A stretch of 64,000 bases of DNA from Octopus sinensis. Its lineage: Eukaryota. The stretch's first letter is position 1; every line of letters begins with the position of its first letter. This document shows positions 26,791 through 40,822 of the stretch, piece after piece. The DNA is taken from positions 75,268,001 to 75,332,000 of the forward strand of contig NC_043006.1 in the NCBI RefSeq assembly GCF_006345805.1, in the 5' to 3' direction. Position numbers and translations under genes: made by a program. Below the pieces are notes generated by a model. That model was not told the DNA's origin and did no database searches. It was given only the letters and a program-made list of their open reading frames with translations.

Positions 26791-27058
26791 TACTAGCACT
26801 ATGACCCGGCGATGACGGGTCATAATGCTAGTACTGAAATAGTGGAGAAGATATTATATTGCTATGGGCTCGCCCCAGGCAAGAAGTTGAACATTTTTTT
26901 TGCCTATGAAACTACATGGACTCTAAGTAAGGCATGTGTAAAATTTGAATGAAATTGGTTGTGTAGTTCTCAAGTTTTAGGGAATCGTAGTGGAGAAGAT
27001 ATGATATTGCTGTGGGCTCGCCCTAGGCAAAAAGTTAAAAGTTTTTTTGCCTTTTTTT
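26791..27058 (+). mobile_element. Helentron/Helitron-like non-autonomous element
   Basis: Inserted in (TA)n; begins with an 18-bp hairpin TACTAGCACTATGACCCG / CGGGTCATAATGCTAGTA; internal direct repeat of ~65 bp. Confidence 0.5.
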
Positions 27059-28162
27059 TTTAGTTTCTGTCTACCAAACCCACTGCATGGCACCTTGGGC
27101 AAGTGTCTTCTACTATAGCTTCAGGCCGACCAAAGCCTTGTGAGTGGATTTGGTACAGAAACTGAATGAAGCCCGCCGTATATATGTATATATATATATA
27201 TGCGTGTGTTTGTGTTTGTGTCTGTTTTTGTCCCCCTAGCATTGCTTGACAACCGATGCTGGTGTGTTTATGTCCCCGTTACTTAGCGGTTCGGCAAAAG
27301 AGACCGATAGAATAAGTACTGGGCTTACAAAAGAATAAGTCCCAGGGTTGAGTTGCTCGAGTAAAGGCGGCGCTCCAGCATGGCCACAATCAAATGACCG
27401 AAACAAGTAAAAGAGTAAAGAGTAAAGAGTAATTATTTGAGAAAACACTTTCTCTTGGTTCTGTATTCTATAAAGAACCAAAATTCTGCCTAGAATATAT
27501 TTAAATAAATTTTTCTATATTTTTTTTCTTTCATGATTTCCCCCGTTTTTTTTTTTTTTTTTTTTGGTTGCTTTTGAGAATAAGATTCTGAATGCTTTCC
27601 CTTTTTTTTTGTTTTCATTCTTTCTTTAGTTTTTGAGAATAAGATTCCAAATGCTTTCCCATTTTTTGTTTTTGCAAATAAGATTCCGAATGCTGAAATG
27701 GGAGATATACTTGGTTCTTTTGGCTTCAGGAAATTTATATGGATCACAATTGCAGCTCAGAAATAATGTAATATTAACCATAAAAATCCATTCCCATTTT
27801 TCATTATTAATGGATGGTCTTGCAAAATGGATTTCGTGTTTGTCATTTCACTTGGGGATTGGGGACAGCCTGACTATAAACATCTTGAATAAAGGTATTG
27901 GTAAAAAGAGGCAACCATATGCTTCTTTTATGACCAGCATTAAATATTCACTATTCTATGAATTTCTGATTCTTCTCATTTTTCTGTATAACTCAAACCA
28001 CTGCTTGTGCTATATTCAGAAGTGTGTGTGTGTGTGTATTTATATATCATGATCGTTGTTATTCAACATCCATATTCCATACTGGTATGGGTTGGATGGT
28101 TTCACCTATGCAAGCATGGAAAAATGGCCATTAAACAACAGCAATGTTGTTGTTGTTGATGT

Positions 28163-28201
<39 letters not shown>

Positions 28202-28324
28202 GGATGATGATGATGATGATGCTGACAATGATGATGAGGATAATGATATAATTATTTCTTTTGCATTTTTGTTTCATCAGATTCTTACATATATTGAAAT
28301 ACAATATACAATTAAGAAAAGATA

Positions 28325-28422
28325 TTTAAGTATCATTATATATATATATATATATTATATATATATATATTGTATGTATATATACATATACACACACATG
28401 CATACACCACACATATATATAC

Positions 28423-28469
<47 letters not shown>

Positions 28470-28554
28470 TGTATGTATGTATATATATATATATTATATA
28501 TATATATATATTGTATGTATATATACATATACACACACATGCATACACACACAC

Positions 28555-28638
<84 letters not shown>

Positions 28639-28690
28639 GATATATATATATATCTATATATATAATATATATATATATGAACACATAAAC
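28325..28690. repeat. (TA)n-rich microsatellite with internal duplication
   Basis: Direct reading. Confidence 0.95.
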
Positions 28691-29797
28691 ATAGACATGG
28701 AAATAAATTGGCGAAAGAAAAAAAAATACTTTAAGACTTCAAAATTTTTTTCTTCCTTTTCCTGAGTTTAAGGTTATATCAAAATTTGTATAAAGACAGA
28801 CAGACCTACTGATAAAAGTTGTAGATGGAGACAAACAAATCTAATTATCTTTTCTTCAAACACTAAAAAAATATAGGAGATTAAGCAGGATAAGCAGTTA
28901 CATTGTGATATTGTTTCAAAATGAACATTAAAGCAGAAGATTTGGCAGAAACAGTAGAGCATTAGATGAAATTCATTTTGGTGTTTAGTTCTATTCCTTT
29001 GTGTTCTGAGTTCGAATCCTGCTGTGTTTTTTTTTTATCATCCTTTTGGACATGATACAATAAGTATTAGTCTAACCATCTACTCTGCCTTTTGGGTGGT
29101 ATGTATTAGAACCCGGTGTTTTAGTACCTACAGTATGTTGTGTGTGCTTGTGTGTGTGTGTGTGATCATCATCATCATCGTCGTCGTTTAATCCCTGTCT
29201 TCCATGCAAGCATGGGTTGGACAGTTTGATGGGAGCCAGCCAAGTGGAAGACTACCCTAGGCTACTGTGTCTGTTTTGGCAGAGTTTTTTTATAGTTGGA
29301 TGCCCTCCCTAACACCAACCACTCTGCAGATATGTTATAATCATCATCATCATCCCCATCATCATCCCCATCATCATCATCATCCCCATCATCATCCCCA
29401 TCATCGTCGTTTAATGTCCACTTTCCATGCTGACACGGCTGAGATAGTTTCATAGGGAACTGTTGATCTTCAGGACTGCATCAAGCTCCAGCAGCATCTT
29501 TGGCATGGTTTCTATAACTAGATGCTCTTCCTAATGCCTGCCACTTTACAGGGTGTACTGAGTACTTTTGTTTCTTCTACTGGCTCTTGTGAGGTTGCCA
29601 TGTAACTTAGAAACAAACAGAGAAGAAAGAAAAGAAAAAAATTCCCACTACTAAGAAAAAAGAAAAAAAAATTCCCACTATTAGTATTTGTGTGAGAAGG
29701 TGGAGGTAGGTGGCTGTATGCCAGGTGTTGAAAGGCTGAAGTATGATAGAAGGACAAGCACAGGTGCCTTGTTAAAGGGGAATATATTGTTGTTGTC

Positions 29798-30430
29798 AAG
29801 GCGGCGACCTGGCAGAACCATTAGCACGCTGGGCGAAATGCTTAGCGCTATTTTGTTTGCTGCTACGTTCTGAGTTCAAATCTAGCCGGGGTCGACTTTG
29901 CCTTTCATCCTTTCAGGGTCGATTAAATAAATACCAGTTATGCACTGGGGTCGACATAATCGACTTAATCCGTTTGTATGTCCTTGTTTGTCCTCTCTGT
30001 GTTTAGCCCCTTGTGGGTAGTAAAGAAACAGGTATTTTGTCTGTCTTTACGTTTTGAGTTCAAATTCTGCCAAGGTCGATTTTGCCTTTCATACTTTTGG
30101 GGTCAATAAATTAAGTACTAGTTGCGTGCTGGGGTTGATCTAATTGACTGGCCCCCATCCCAAAATATTAGGCCTTGTGCCTAGAGTAGAAAAAAAGAAA
30201 CAATAATAAAACGCACTAAGGTGGCAAGCTGGCAGAAATGTTAGCACGCCAGGCGAAATGCTTAGCAGTATTTCATCTGTCTTTACATTCTGAGTTCAAA
30301 TCCTGCCGAGGTCGACTTTACCTTTCATCCTTTCAGGGTTGATATATTAAGTACCAGTTACATACTAGGGATCATCTAATTGACTGGCCCCCTCCCCCAA
30401 AATTTTATGCATTGTGCCTAGAGTAGAAAA
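29798..30430 (+). mobile_element. Family 1 SINE dimer plus monomer
   Basis: Same head and domain as 5944-6520; junction AAAGAAACAG|GTATTT at 30030/30031. Confidence 0.85.
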
Positions 30431-32595
30431 GAATATTTTACATGTTTCAAGGCAGCAAGCTGGCCTTGAGTAGGAAAGAATATATTGTTGTTGTCAACAT
30501 TGTGAGCAGACAAACACTCTCTTGTTCCTCTCACTCTTGTCTCATTTGAACACACAAAGGCATGCATACACACAAAGGCAGCTGTGCATGCACACACAAA
30601 CATCTGATAGGTTTCTGTGCAGTTTCCATTCACTAAATTCACTCACAAGGCATTGGTTGGTCTGGGGCTTTGCCCTAATTGCCCAATGTGCCATGCATTG
30701 GGACTGAATCCTAAACCTCAACCCACATGGTTGCCAAGCAAACTTCTTACCCACACAACCATGCGCACACCTATAAAATGTATTTGCAACAAGGTGAATA
30801 AAACGAATGGGCATAATTGCCGTTTCAACTCCATCAGTAGGAATTTTGTAAATTCATAAAAAATTTATCCCGTAGCCCTTGAGCTCAAAATAGAGTTAAA
30901 GGCCCTTTTGGGTTGACAATTTTTATCGTTTACGTCATTCTCTACATTAAACCATTTCAAACACATTATTTACACATTAGTCAAGAGCTTCCAAAACTGT
31001 TGTCGTTGTTGTTGTTGTGGCAATTTTATTTTATTTTTCATGTTTTTATAGTATGTTTTATTTTTGTGTTTTCCTATTGCAAATTTCCGATAAAGAATAT
31101 TGCAATAGATTTTAGAATTTTAGCTGGGTGTATTTTTTGTTGTTGTTGTTGTTAGATTTTTCCATTTTCTTTTTTTTTTTTTTTGTTGTGTTAAAAACCA
31201 TCCTTTGCTTTGAATATCTGGAGGAATAAATAAATATTTACTGAGGTGGTGACTTTAATGGAAATTGTAAAACAACACTGGAATAAACAAAACCTAAAAA
31301 AAATAATAAAATTTTTTAAAAAATGCTATCAAACTGATTCAACTAGACATTTTCTTCCATAATCACACCTTGTTGTTTGTCACATTGTTGATGTTGTTGC
31401 TGAAGTTGTTGTTGTTGTCATTTAGCTTTCATTCAGCAGCAGCTCTGATCAGACAGATCTATGATCAAAGGCATTCTGAGTACAAGCATCTTGAAATAAA
31501 TACCATTATGTATATATATATATATACACTCACACATAAATATAGATATAGATATATATAGATATATGTGTGTGTGTACATATACACATGCATACACACA
31601 CATACACACACATATATGTAATGTATGTTGTGTGAGTGTATATACATGCACACACACAGACACACGTACACGCATATACTAAGATTACTATTATATTTAG
31701 ATTTTCTGCTGTACTTACATAATAATAATAATACCGTTCTCCACTATCACCAATACTACAAGCACCACCACCACCACTACAACAACAACCAGTACCTTTG
31801 CTGCAGCTATTTCTGTCACCACTATTGCTGCTGCCATGCCCGCTGCTGCTGCTGCTATCACCACTACGACCACCATCCTGGTTTTAAAACCTACGTGGTT
31901 ATAAAATCGTATTTTGTCAACATTTTTGTAGTGTCTCTATTGAACAAACTATTATAGATGGTCTACAGAACCTCCAGCAATCTAGAATACTATTTTCCAC
32001 TCTGTCAAAACCAGCTTGGTTACAATCCAGAACAAATGCTGATCACGTTGACCTTGCACAGATGTTGTTTGGTCTCGTTTCTAGATAGCTGAAAAATCAA
32101 TCTAAAGCCTCTACTCTTTTTTCTTCATTTGATATATGGCTGAGTGGTTAAGAAGTTTACCTAGCAACTACATGGTTTTGGTTTCAGTTCCGTTGCATGG
32201 TTGTGTCTTCTACTATAGCCATGGGCCAAACGATGCCCCCACCATCATTTGACGACTGATGTTGGTACATTTACATCCCCATAGCTTAGCGGTTTGGCAC
32301 AAGAGACTGAAGTAATAAGTATTAGGCTTACAAAGAATAAGTCCTGGGGTCGATTTTTTCGACTAAATGGCAGTGCTCCAGCATGGCCACAGTCAAATGA
32401 CTGAAACAAGTAAAAGAATAAATAAAAGACGATATATATATATATATATATATGTTGGGCTTCTTTCAGTTTTTATTTACCAAATCCACTCACAAGGCTT
32501 TGGGCATCCTGGCACTATAGTAGAAGACACTTACCCAAGGTGCTACGTACTGGAACTGAATCCATAACCATGTAGCTGGGAATCAAGCTTCTTAA

Positions 32596-32804
32596 CCCTT
32601 TTGTTACCATATTCCTGTTGAGATGCTCTGTATTTCTTTTAATTACTTTAAATGTAATAAAGAAGTTAGTAAAATAACTTAGCTAATGTTAGGAACATAA
32701 AATGTGATTAAGGTTTGGTGGAAGATTTTAATTCAAAACTTATGAAAACAAGACATTTGTACTCAGAGCCAGAGCCGGTTTCAGCCGGGCTGGTAATGAA
32801 AGGG
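32596..32804. mobile_element. piggyBac-type MITE
   Basis: TTAA TSD at 32592-32595 and 32805-32808; 14-bp TIRs CCCTTTTGTTACCA / TGGTAATGAAAGGG (2 mismatches). Confidence 0.85.
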
Positions 32805-33639
32805 TTAACACACAGCATCCTCATTGTTTGACGCCCACTTTTCCATGTTTGTGTGGGATTATAGACAATTCTGTTGATTCATTTATTATATAATCCGAAG
32901 TCAACTTTCATTTGTTTCCAAGGAAGGTCTTATCAGTATGACAGTGATGCTTGCTTTTACAGCCAGCAACTGATGTCAAGACAAGGCATGTCTATCATCT
33001 CATGCACACATATGCACATGCGTGCACACACACACACACACACACATACATGCACACAAATATATTTTTGTAACTTTTTTTGTAACTCTTCAGCTAAAAG
33101 TGACTGATGGAATAAAGACCTGTGACTGATGGAATAAGGATCTGATACTCAGGGAATAAAAACCAGGTTTAAAATACATACTGCAGTTGAGTTTGATTAA
33201 AACCCTTGAACGAGATGCTCAACACATGGTGCCATCCAAAGCATGGAACAAACTGCCGGCATCAGTTGTTAGTTTTCGGAGCACTGCATCCTTCAAAACT
33301 TCCATGCTGTCTGAGATTCGCCAACACTACACCTGATTTCCTCACCTCCATACACACACAACCATGTATCTGACTCATACATTGTTCGCTTTCCAGACAT
33401 TTGTACATTACTGCATGTACTTTATACGCACTTTTGACAAGTTGTGGTGCACCTGAGCACTGTATATAATAATTTCAGAATTATATTATTTTAAACAAGA
33501 CAGGAAAGGAGATTTATCTTTAAAAGCTATTTATGTGATTTGAGGGTATCAAGTGACATGAAGAAGATGACTGGTTGTGAGAACAAAGGACTACAAAGCT
33601 GGAAGAACTTTTGTAATAACTCCAAGAATATTGGGCCGT

Positions 33640-33850
33640 TTGCCAGCCTCCTCTGGCCCCTGTGCCGGTAACATGTAAAAAGCACCCACTACATTTATGG
33701 AGTGGTTGGTGTTAGGAAGGGCATCCAGCTGTAGAAACCTTGCCAGATTGGACTGGAGCCTGGCACAGCCTCCTGGTTTCCCAGACCCCAGTCGAACCAT
33801 CCAACCCATGCTAGCATGGAAAATGGACGTTAAATGATGATGATGATGAT
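33640..33850 (+). mobile_element. RTE-tailed SINE (family 5)
   Basis: Ends CATGCTAGCATGGAAAATGGACGTTAAATGATGATGAT; related copies near 29170-29570, 42990-43270, 46140-46310. Confidence 0.7.
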
Positions 33851-34405
33851 GGTGTTGTGTAGAATATTTCGATAATAGCTTTGGTTTGTGATGCAGAGCA
33901 AGAAGAAAGCTCTCAGTGAACCATTCTTCTTCCTTACTTTGTGGCCTAGTGTGTGTGTGTGTGTGAGAGAAAATCGATTTGATGACAGCGGAATACAGTG
34001 AGATAGGTGTTGTAGTAATGTAATAATAAATTTTATTTGATTATATTATGATCTAGCAGAATAATGTCTGTATTCTCTTCACGGCAATTTCTGCAAGGCT
34101 TGGAAATATAATTTATTTAGGCTTATATGTTGTGTGTTGGAAACCAAACAAATGAAGTAAAATATTTTTTTTGGGGTTTTTGATTTTTTTCCTAAACTAA
34201 ATTCATCTGAAAGCTAATGGCATTAAAAATATGAACAAATGACAGGAAACAGTTATTTATTATCATGATTATTACTATATTATCATTGGGTCGATAAATT
34301 AAGTACCTGTTGCATACTGGGGTCAACCTAATCATCTAGCCCCCCTCCCCCTAAATTTCAGGCATTGTGCCTATAGTAGAAATGATTATTACTATTATCA
34401 TTATT

Positions 34406-34963
34406 GAGTGAGAGAGCAGTGCATGCCATCAAAGTGACACTGGGGTAAAATATATGAAGCCCAGTATACCCATCATGACTACCCGTCTGATAAGGGTGCA
34501 CCAGGCACATGCATCACAGCCATATGTGCACGACATGGTGATCTCATATTAAGATAAACAGCGCATGACCTTGCAGGTGGGGCCCAGTTAGAATTTTCTT
34601 CTGGTCGAGTAGCCTATCCCGCTCAAAAGGTCCCTAAATAAGGATTGTTAAAGGATGTTGAACGAAACACCCATGTTTCCAGAAGTGAATCATTCAAACC
34701 CCAAAGAATCCCTCTCAACACATGGCTATGATGCTCCCCCACTACTTCTGCTCGTGATCAGAGATGCACATATCGTCAGCCACTAAGGGACATGCTCAAC
34801 TGGTTAAGGTCAAACAACTGACAAGCAAATCTGTGGTATTGAGCAGAATATTTGCTGTAGCCCATCTTTTTTATACCAAGACAAAACAGTGTACATGATA
34901 ACACTTCAAATCAGTTAAGATCAGAAGCCATGATAGCCACTGCCTGGTACTGCATCAGGGCAT
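34406..34963 (-). mobile_element. ~560-bp non-coding retroposon with (TAA)n tail, copy 1
   Basis: Minus strand ends CTCTCTCACTC-AATAATAAT; sits in an (ATT)n tract; no ORF found. Confidence 0.7.
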
Positions 34964-34993
34964 CTATTATCATTATTATTATCATCATCATCA

Positions 34994-35055
<62 letters not shown>

Positions 35056-35606
35056 GAGTGAGAGAGCAGTTCATGCCATCAAAGTGACACTGGGGTAAAA
35101 TATACGAAGCCCAATATACCCATCATGACTACCCGTCTGATAAAGGTACACCAGGCACATGCATCACAACCATATGTGCGCGACATGGTGATCTCATATC
35201 AAGATAAACAGCACATGACCTTGCAGGTGGGGCCCAGTTAGAATTTTCTTCAGGTTGAGTAGCCCATCCCGCTCAAAAGGTCCCTGAATAAGGGTTGCTT
35301 TAGGATGTTGAACGAAACACCTATGTTTCCAGAGGTGAATTATTCAAACTCCAAAGAATCCCTCTCAACACATGGCCATGATGCTCCCCCACTACTTCTG
35401 CTCGTGATCAGAGATGCACGTATTGTCAGCCACTAAGGGACATGCTCAACTGGTTAAGGTCAAACAACTGACAAGCAAATCTGTGGTATTGAGCAGAATA
35501 TTTGCTGTAGCCCATCTTTTATACCAAGACAGAACAATGTACATGATACCACTTCCAATCAGTTAAGATCAGAAGCCATGAGAGCCTCTGCCTGGTACTG
35601 CATCAG
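35056..35606 (-). mobile_element. ~560-bp non-coding retroposon, copy 2
   Basis: Highly similar to copy 1, same 3' end and nearly the same 5' end, separated by (ATT)n. Confidence 0.7.
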
Positions 35607-35633
35607 ATTATTATTATTATTATTATTATTATA

Positions 35634-35692
<59 letters not shown>

Positions 35693-35921
35693 AGGTGGTG
35701 AGTTGGCAGAGTTATTAGCATGCCGGGCAAAATGCTTAGTGGTATTTCCTCTGTCCTTAGGTTTTGAGTTCAAATTCCACTGAGGTCCACTTCGCCCTTC
35801 TTCCATTTAGGGTTGATAAATTAAGTACCAGTTGAGCACTGGGGTTGAGATAATAGACTAGTCCCTTCCCCAAAAATTTCAGGACTTGTAGAAAGTATAA
35901 CAAAAATGATTATTATTATTA

Positions 35922-35953
<32 letters not shown>

Positions 35954-35955
<2 letters not shown>

Positions 35956-36757
35956 GGTGGTGAGCTGGTAGAATTATTAGCATGCTGGATGAAATGCTTA
36001 GCGGTATTTTGCTTGCCGCTACATTCTGAGGTTGGCATTGCCTTCTTTCATCCTTTCGGAGTCTATGAAATAAGTACCAGTTACACACTGGGATCAATAT
36101 AATTAACTAGCCCCCTTCCCTAAAATATTTTCAAGGCCTTGTGTCTAGAGAAGAAATATAAATAATAATAATTATTATCATTAAGAAGGTGTGCTGGCAG
36201 AATTGTTAGCACACTGGATAAAATACTAAGCAGCATTTCACTTGTCACTATGTTCTGGGTTCAAGTTCTGCTGAGATCGACTTTGCTTTTCATCCTTTAG
36301 GGGTCAATGAATTTAGTACCAGTGAAACACTGGGGTTGATATAATCGACTAGTCCTCTCCCTGCAAATTTAAGACCTTGTGCCTCCAGCAGAAAGAATTA
36401 TTATTATTATTAAGGTGGTGAGCTGGTAGAATTATTAGCATGCTGGATGAAATGCTTAGCGGTATTTTGCTTGCCGCTACATTCTGAGGTTGGCATTGCC
36501 TTCTTTCATCCTTTCGGAGTCTATGAAATAAGTACCAGTTACACACTGGGATCAATATAATTAACTAGCCCCCTTCCCTAAAATATTTTCAAGGCCTTGT
36601 GTCTAGAGAAGAAATATAAATAATAATAATTATTATCATTAAGAAGGTGTGCTGGCAGAATTGTTAGCACACTGGATAAAATACTAAGCAGCATTTCACT
36701 TGTCACTATGTTCTGGGTTCAAGTTCTGCTGAGATCGACTTTGCTTTTCATCCTTTC
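35954..36757 (+). repeat. Identical 346-bp direct duplication within a SINE chain (period 458)
   Basis: 35954-36299 matches 36412-36757 base for base as far as I can read. Confidence 0.85.
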
Positions 36758-37755
36758 AGGGTTGAAAAAATAAGTACCAGGTGAATACTTGAGTCGATGT
36801 AATGAGCTATCCTCTACCCTCAAAATCTCAGGCCTTGTGCCTATAGTAGAAAGACTTGTTATTGCTGTTGCTGTTGTTAATGTTATTTCACATTCATTGA
36901 ACTACAGCACTAAGCATGACTATCTCATTGTGAAAAAAAAACTGAACGAAAAGACAAAATTTTTCAACATGAATAAATATTAATATATTGATTTGGCCTT
37001 CACAGTTATCGTGAAATGGGTTTGTTTTGCAAATCTGGATATTAGCATGTTTGTTGGATAAATTTATCTGAGAGCTAGAAACTTTCATATCACAGTGATA
37101 GCAGAATCTGTTGGTTGTTTGTGGGGAAAGCAAGGTTATGATATATATCTTTGATGAAGACATATATTGATAATATCTGTAATAGAAACAAGTAAGTTAT
37201 TGACCTCATATATCAGAAAGTCAAGGTATGTTAATTGGTAAATCTATTAGAACATTGAATAGAATGCTTTGAAGTGTTTGCTTCAATGCTTTAGGTTCTG
37301 AGTTCAAATACTACCAAAGGCAACTTTTTATTATCTTTCTATTTCTTTGTTTGTCCATCTCTCTCACTTTGTCTCTCACTCTCCCCCTCTCTCTCCCACT
37401 ATATATATATATATATATCAAAAATGGTGTGTTATAACACTATTCCACATATAAAAAAAACAACCATACCAACAATCCAACATACTTCCATCATCAGCTG
37501 CCCCACGGATATCATTATGGTTTTAACACCTGTATGTATATATATATATAAAGGGAAAGCTTTTGAAAATAAACAAAAGATGAAGACATGTTGTGTACAA
37601 AACAAACAGATGTATTAGTATAGCGCTCAGGAATAGAAAAAGTCTTTTACGTTTCGAGCCTATGCTCTTCTAGAGAAAGGTACAAAGAAAAAAAATAAGG
37701 AGAGAAAAATAATGTGTGTAGTGGCGAACGATCTATCATGGCGTCTGACTCAGAC

Positions 37756-37798
<43 letters not shown>

Positions 37799-37899
37799 AT
37801 ATATTTGAAATAAGGGTTAGAAATTGGATATTAATTTAATTAACATCAATTTAACACCAGTGCTCTAGCATATTAAAATCTGAAAGTTCAATTTACTGA

Positions 37900-37958
<59 letters not shown>

Positions 37959-38537
37959 TGTCTGTTTGCCTTGCTGTTGGCTTGCCACACACATACACAA
38001 CGGCAACAACAATATACACACAATTATGCTATCACACACATATCCATGCAAACATTTGTATATATATGTGTCTATATGTGTCTGTACATTGTATGTATGT
38101 AAGTATCTATGTATTTCTCTGTCTATTGAAAGAAAGAGAGAGTCATAGTACAGTACAAGCATAAATATACACTCATGCACATTTCCAAATTTATACATGT
38201 ATACATACATGTACATACTCATATACACACCTGTGTACCTTTGTGTGTTTGCATGTAAATGTGGATGATGTTATACATGCTCATATTTGTTGTTTATGGT
38301 TCCCAGGTGACATGCATAAAGTCCATTCTCTTCTCGGTGATGGCATCATAGAAGAAGTTACTTCAGTTTCTACTTTATTTTGTCTTGAGCACAACATTCT
38401 ATGCTATATAAAATGTTTTATGTCTTTTATTAAGGGAATAGTTCCGGAAAATTCTGCATAAATCTTTTTTAAGCTGACATACTTTTTCTTACCTGATCCT
38501 TGACATTAATAATACAGAACTGTACTAAACGATGCAA

Positions 38538-38596
<59 letters not shown>

Positions 38597-38619
38597 TGTT
38601 AATAATAATGATGTTAATA

Positions 38620-38654
<35 letters not shown>

Positions 38655-38711
38655 AATGTTAATAATGATGATGATGATGGTGATGATGTTGTTGATGATG
38701 ATGATGATGAT

Positions 38712-39940
38712 GATGATTGAAGCTTTTTTTTAGTAAGAATGAAAAACAGATAGATTCCTTAATATAGACTATAAGACTCTTCAGCAAAGATATAAACATA
38801 GAATTTGGCATAGATAAGTGTGAATTATTAGTTATGAGAAGGGGACATGTAGTCAACAGCAAAGGCATCCAATTACCAGCTGGTCAGACATTAAAATCAT
38901 TAAAAGAAGGAGAGAGTTATAAGTATCTAGGAGTATTAGAATCTGACAGAGTACTAACTATTGAAATGAAAACGAAAATTGAGAAGAAGTACATCCAAAG
39001 GGTGAGGAAGCTAATGAAGTCAAAGCTAAGTGGTTCAAATCTAGTGAAGGCTGTAAATATTTGGTCGGTATCATTACTTAGATACCCAACAGCTTTTGTA
39101 GATTGGACAAAAACTGAATTAGCAAAGTTAGACAGAAGAACTAGGAAGAAATTCAATATCAATGGAGGACTCCACCCAGGGTGAGGTGTAGCAAGATTAT
39201 ACTTACCTAGAAAGGAAGGCAGAAGTGAGTTAATATTAATGGAAGACTGTGTGGAGTTAGCTAGAGCAGATATAGACTCCTATGTGGGTAATAGTGAAGA
39301 AAGCTTATTGAAAGCGTGAGAGTCACAGCAAGACATAGGGAAACCAAAAATCCAAACGAAGTTAAAAACCAGTAGAAAGAACAGAAATTATCTGACTAGC
39401 ACAAAGCATTGCATGGTAAACCCAAACGAGGTTAAAAACCAGTAGAAAGAACAGAAATTATCTGACTGGCAGAAAGCATTGCATGGTAGATTCCTAAAGA
39501 TAATTGCAATAGTAAGACATGACTATAGTTTCAGAAATGAAAGCTGAAAAGTAGACAGAAAATTTGTTAGTAGCTGCACGGGATCAAGCATTAAGGACTA
39601 ATTGGATAAAATCCAAGATAGACAAAAACTAAGTAGATTCCCAATATGTTAGTCATATAGTAAGTGAATGTAGCATGCTGGCACAGAAAGAATGCTAGAA
39701 AAGACGTGTCAAGCTAAGGAGAGTAATCCATGAGAGTTATGTAAAAAGCTAGGATTTGAACATACTGATAAAAGGAATGAACGTGACCCTAGTAAAGTAC
39801 TAGAAAGTAAGAAATACAAGATGTGGGAGTTTAGCATTCAGGCTGACAGTGTAATAGAAGCTAGAAGGCCTGATTTAGTAGTAGTAGATAAAGAGAATAG
39901 AAAGTGCCAGATAATTGACTTTACAGTCAAGAATGTGAAG
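38712..39940 (+). mobile_element. Decayed R4/Dong-type LINE (RT C-terminal part, zinc finger, RLE)
   Basis: ORF 38834-39184 GESYKYLGVLE...KLDRRTRKK..GGLHP; later HIVSECSMLA and EARRPDLVVVDKENRKCQIIDFTV; several stops and frameshifts. Confidence 0.9.
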
Positions 39941-40822
39941 AACGTAAAGACAGACAAAATACTTATTTCTTTACTACCCACAAGGGGCTAAACACAGAGA
40001 GGACAAACAAGGACAGACAAACGGATTAAGTCGATTATATCGACCCCAGTGTGTAACTGGTACTTATTTAATCAATGCCGAAAGGATGAAAGGCAAAGTC
40101 GACCTTGGTGGAATTTGAACTCAGAACGTAAGGGCAGACAAAATACTGCTAAGCATTTTGCCCAGCGTGCTAACGGTTCTGCCAGCTCGCTGCCTTGAAA
40201 CATGTAAAAATATTCTTTTCTACTCTAGGCACAAGGCCCGAAATTTTGGGGGAGGCGAGGCCAGTCAATTCGATCAACCTCAGTACGCAACTGGTACTTA
40301 ATTTATCAACCCTGAAAGGATGAAAGGCAAAGTCGATCTTGGTGGAATTTGAACTCAGAACGTAAAGACAGGCGAAACACCCACTCAGCATTTTGTCTGG
40401 CATGCTAACGTTTCTTATTTCTTTACTGCCCACAAGGGGCTACACACAGAGGGGACAAACAAGGACAGGCAAATGGATTAAGTCGATTATATCGGCCCCA
40501 ATGCATAACTGGTACTTATTTAATCGACCCCGAAAGGATGAAAGGCAAAGTCGACCTCGGCGGAATTTGAACTCAGAACGTAGCGGCAGAAGAAATACCT
40601 ATTTCTTTACTACACAAAAGGGGCTACACACAGATGGGACAAACAAGGACAGACAAACGGATTAAGTCGATTACATCGACCCCAGTGCGTAACTGGTACT
40701 TATTTAATCGACCCCGAAAGGATGAAAGGCAAAGCCGACCTCGGCGGAATTTGAACTCAGAACGTAGCGGCTGACGAAATACTGCTAAGCATTTCGCCCA
40801 GCATGCTAACGTTTCTGCCAGC
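39941..40822 (-). mobile_element. Family 1 SINE concatemers
   Basis: Several reverse-complement units with CTATTTCTTTACTAC junctions; similar arrays at 49824-50117 and 62200-62612. Confidence 0.85.

Noticed and set aside
39941-40822. CRISPR-like or satellite array
   Set aside because: Units are SINE concatemers with no unique spacers; eukaryotic context.
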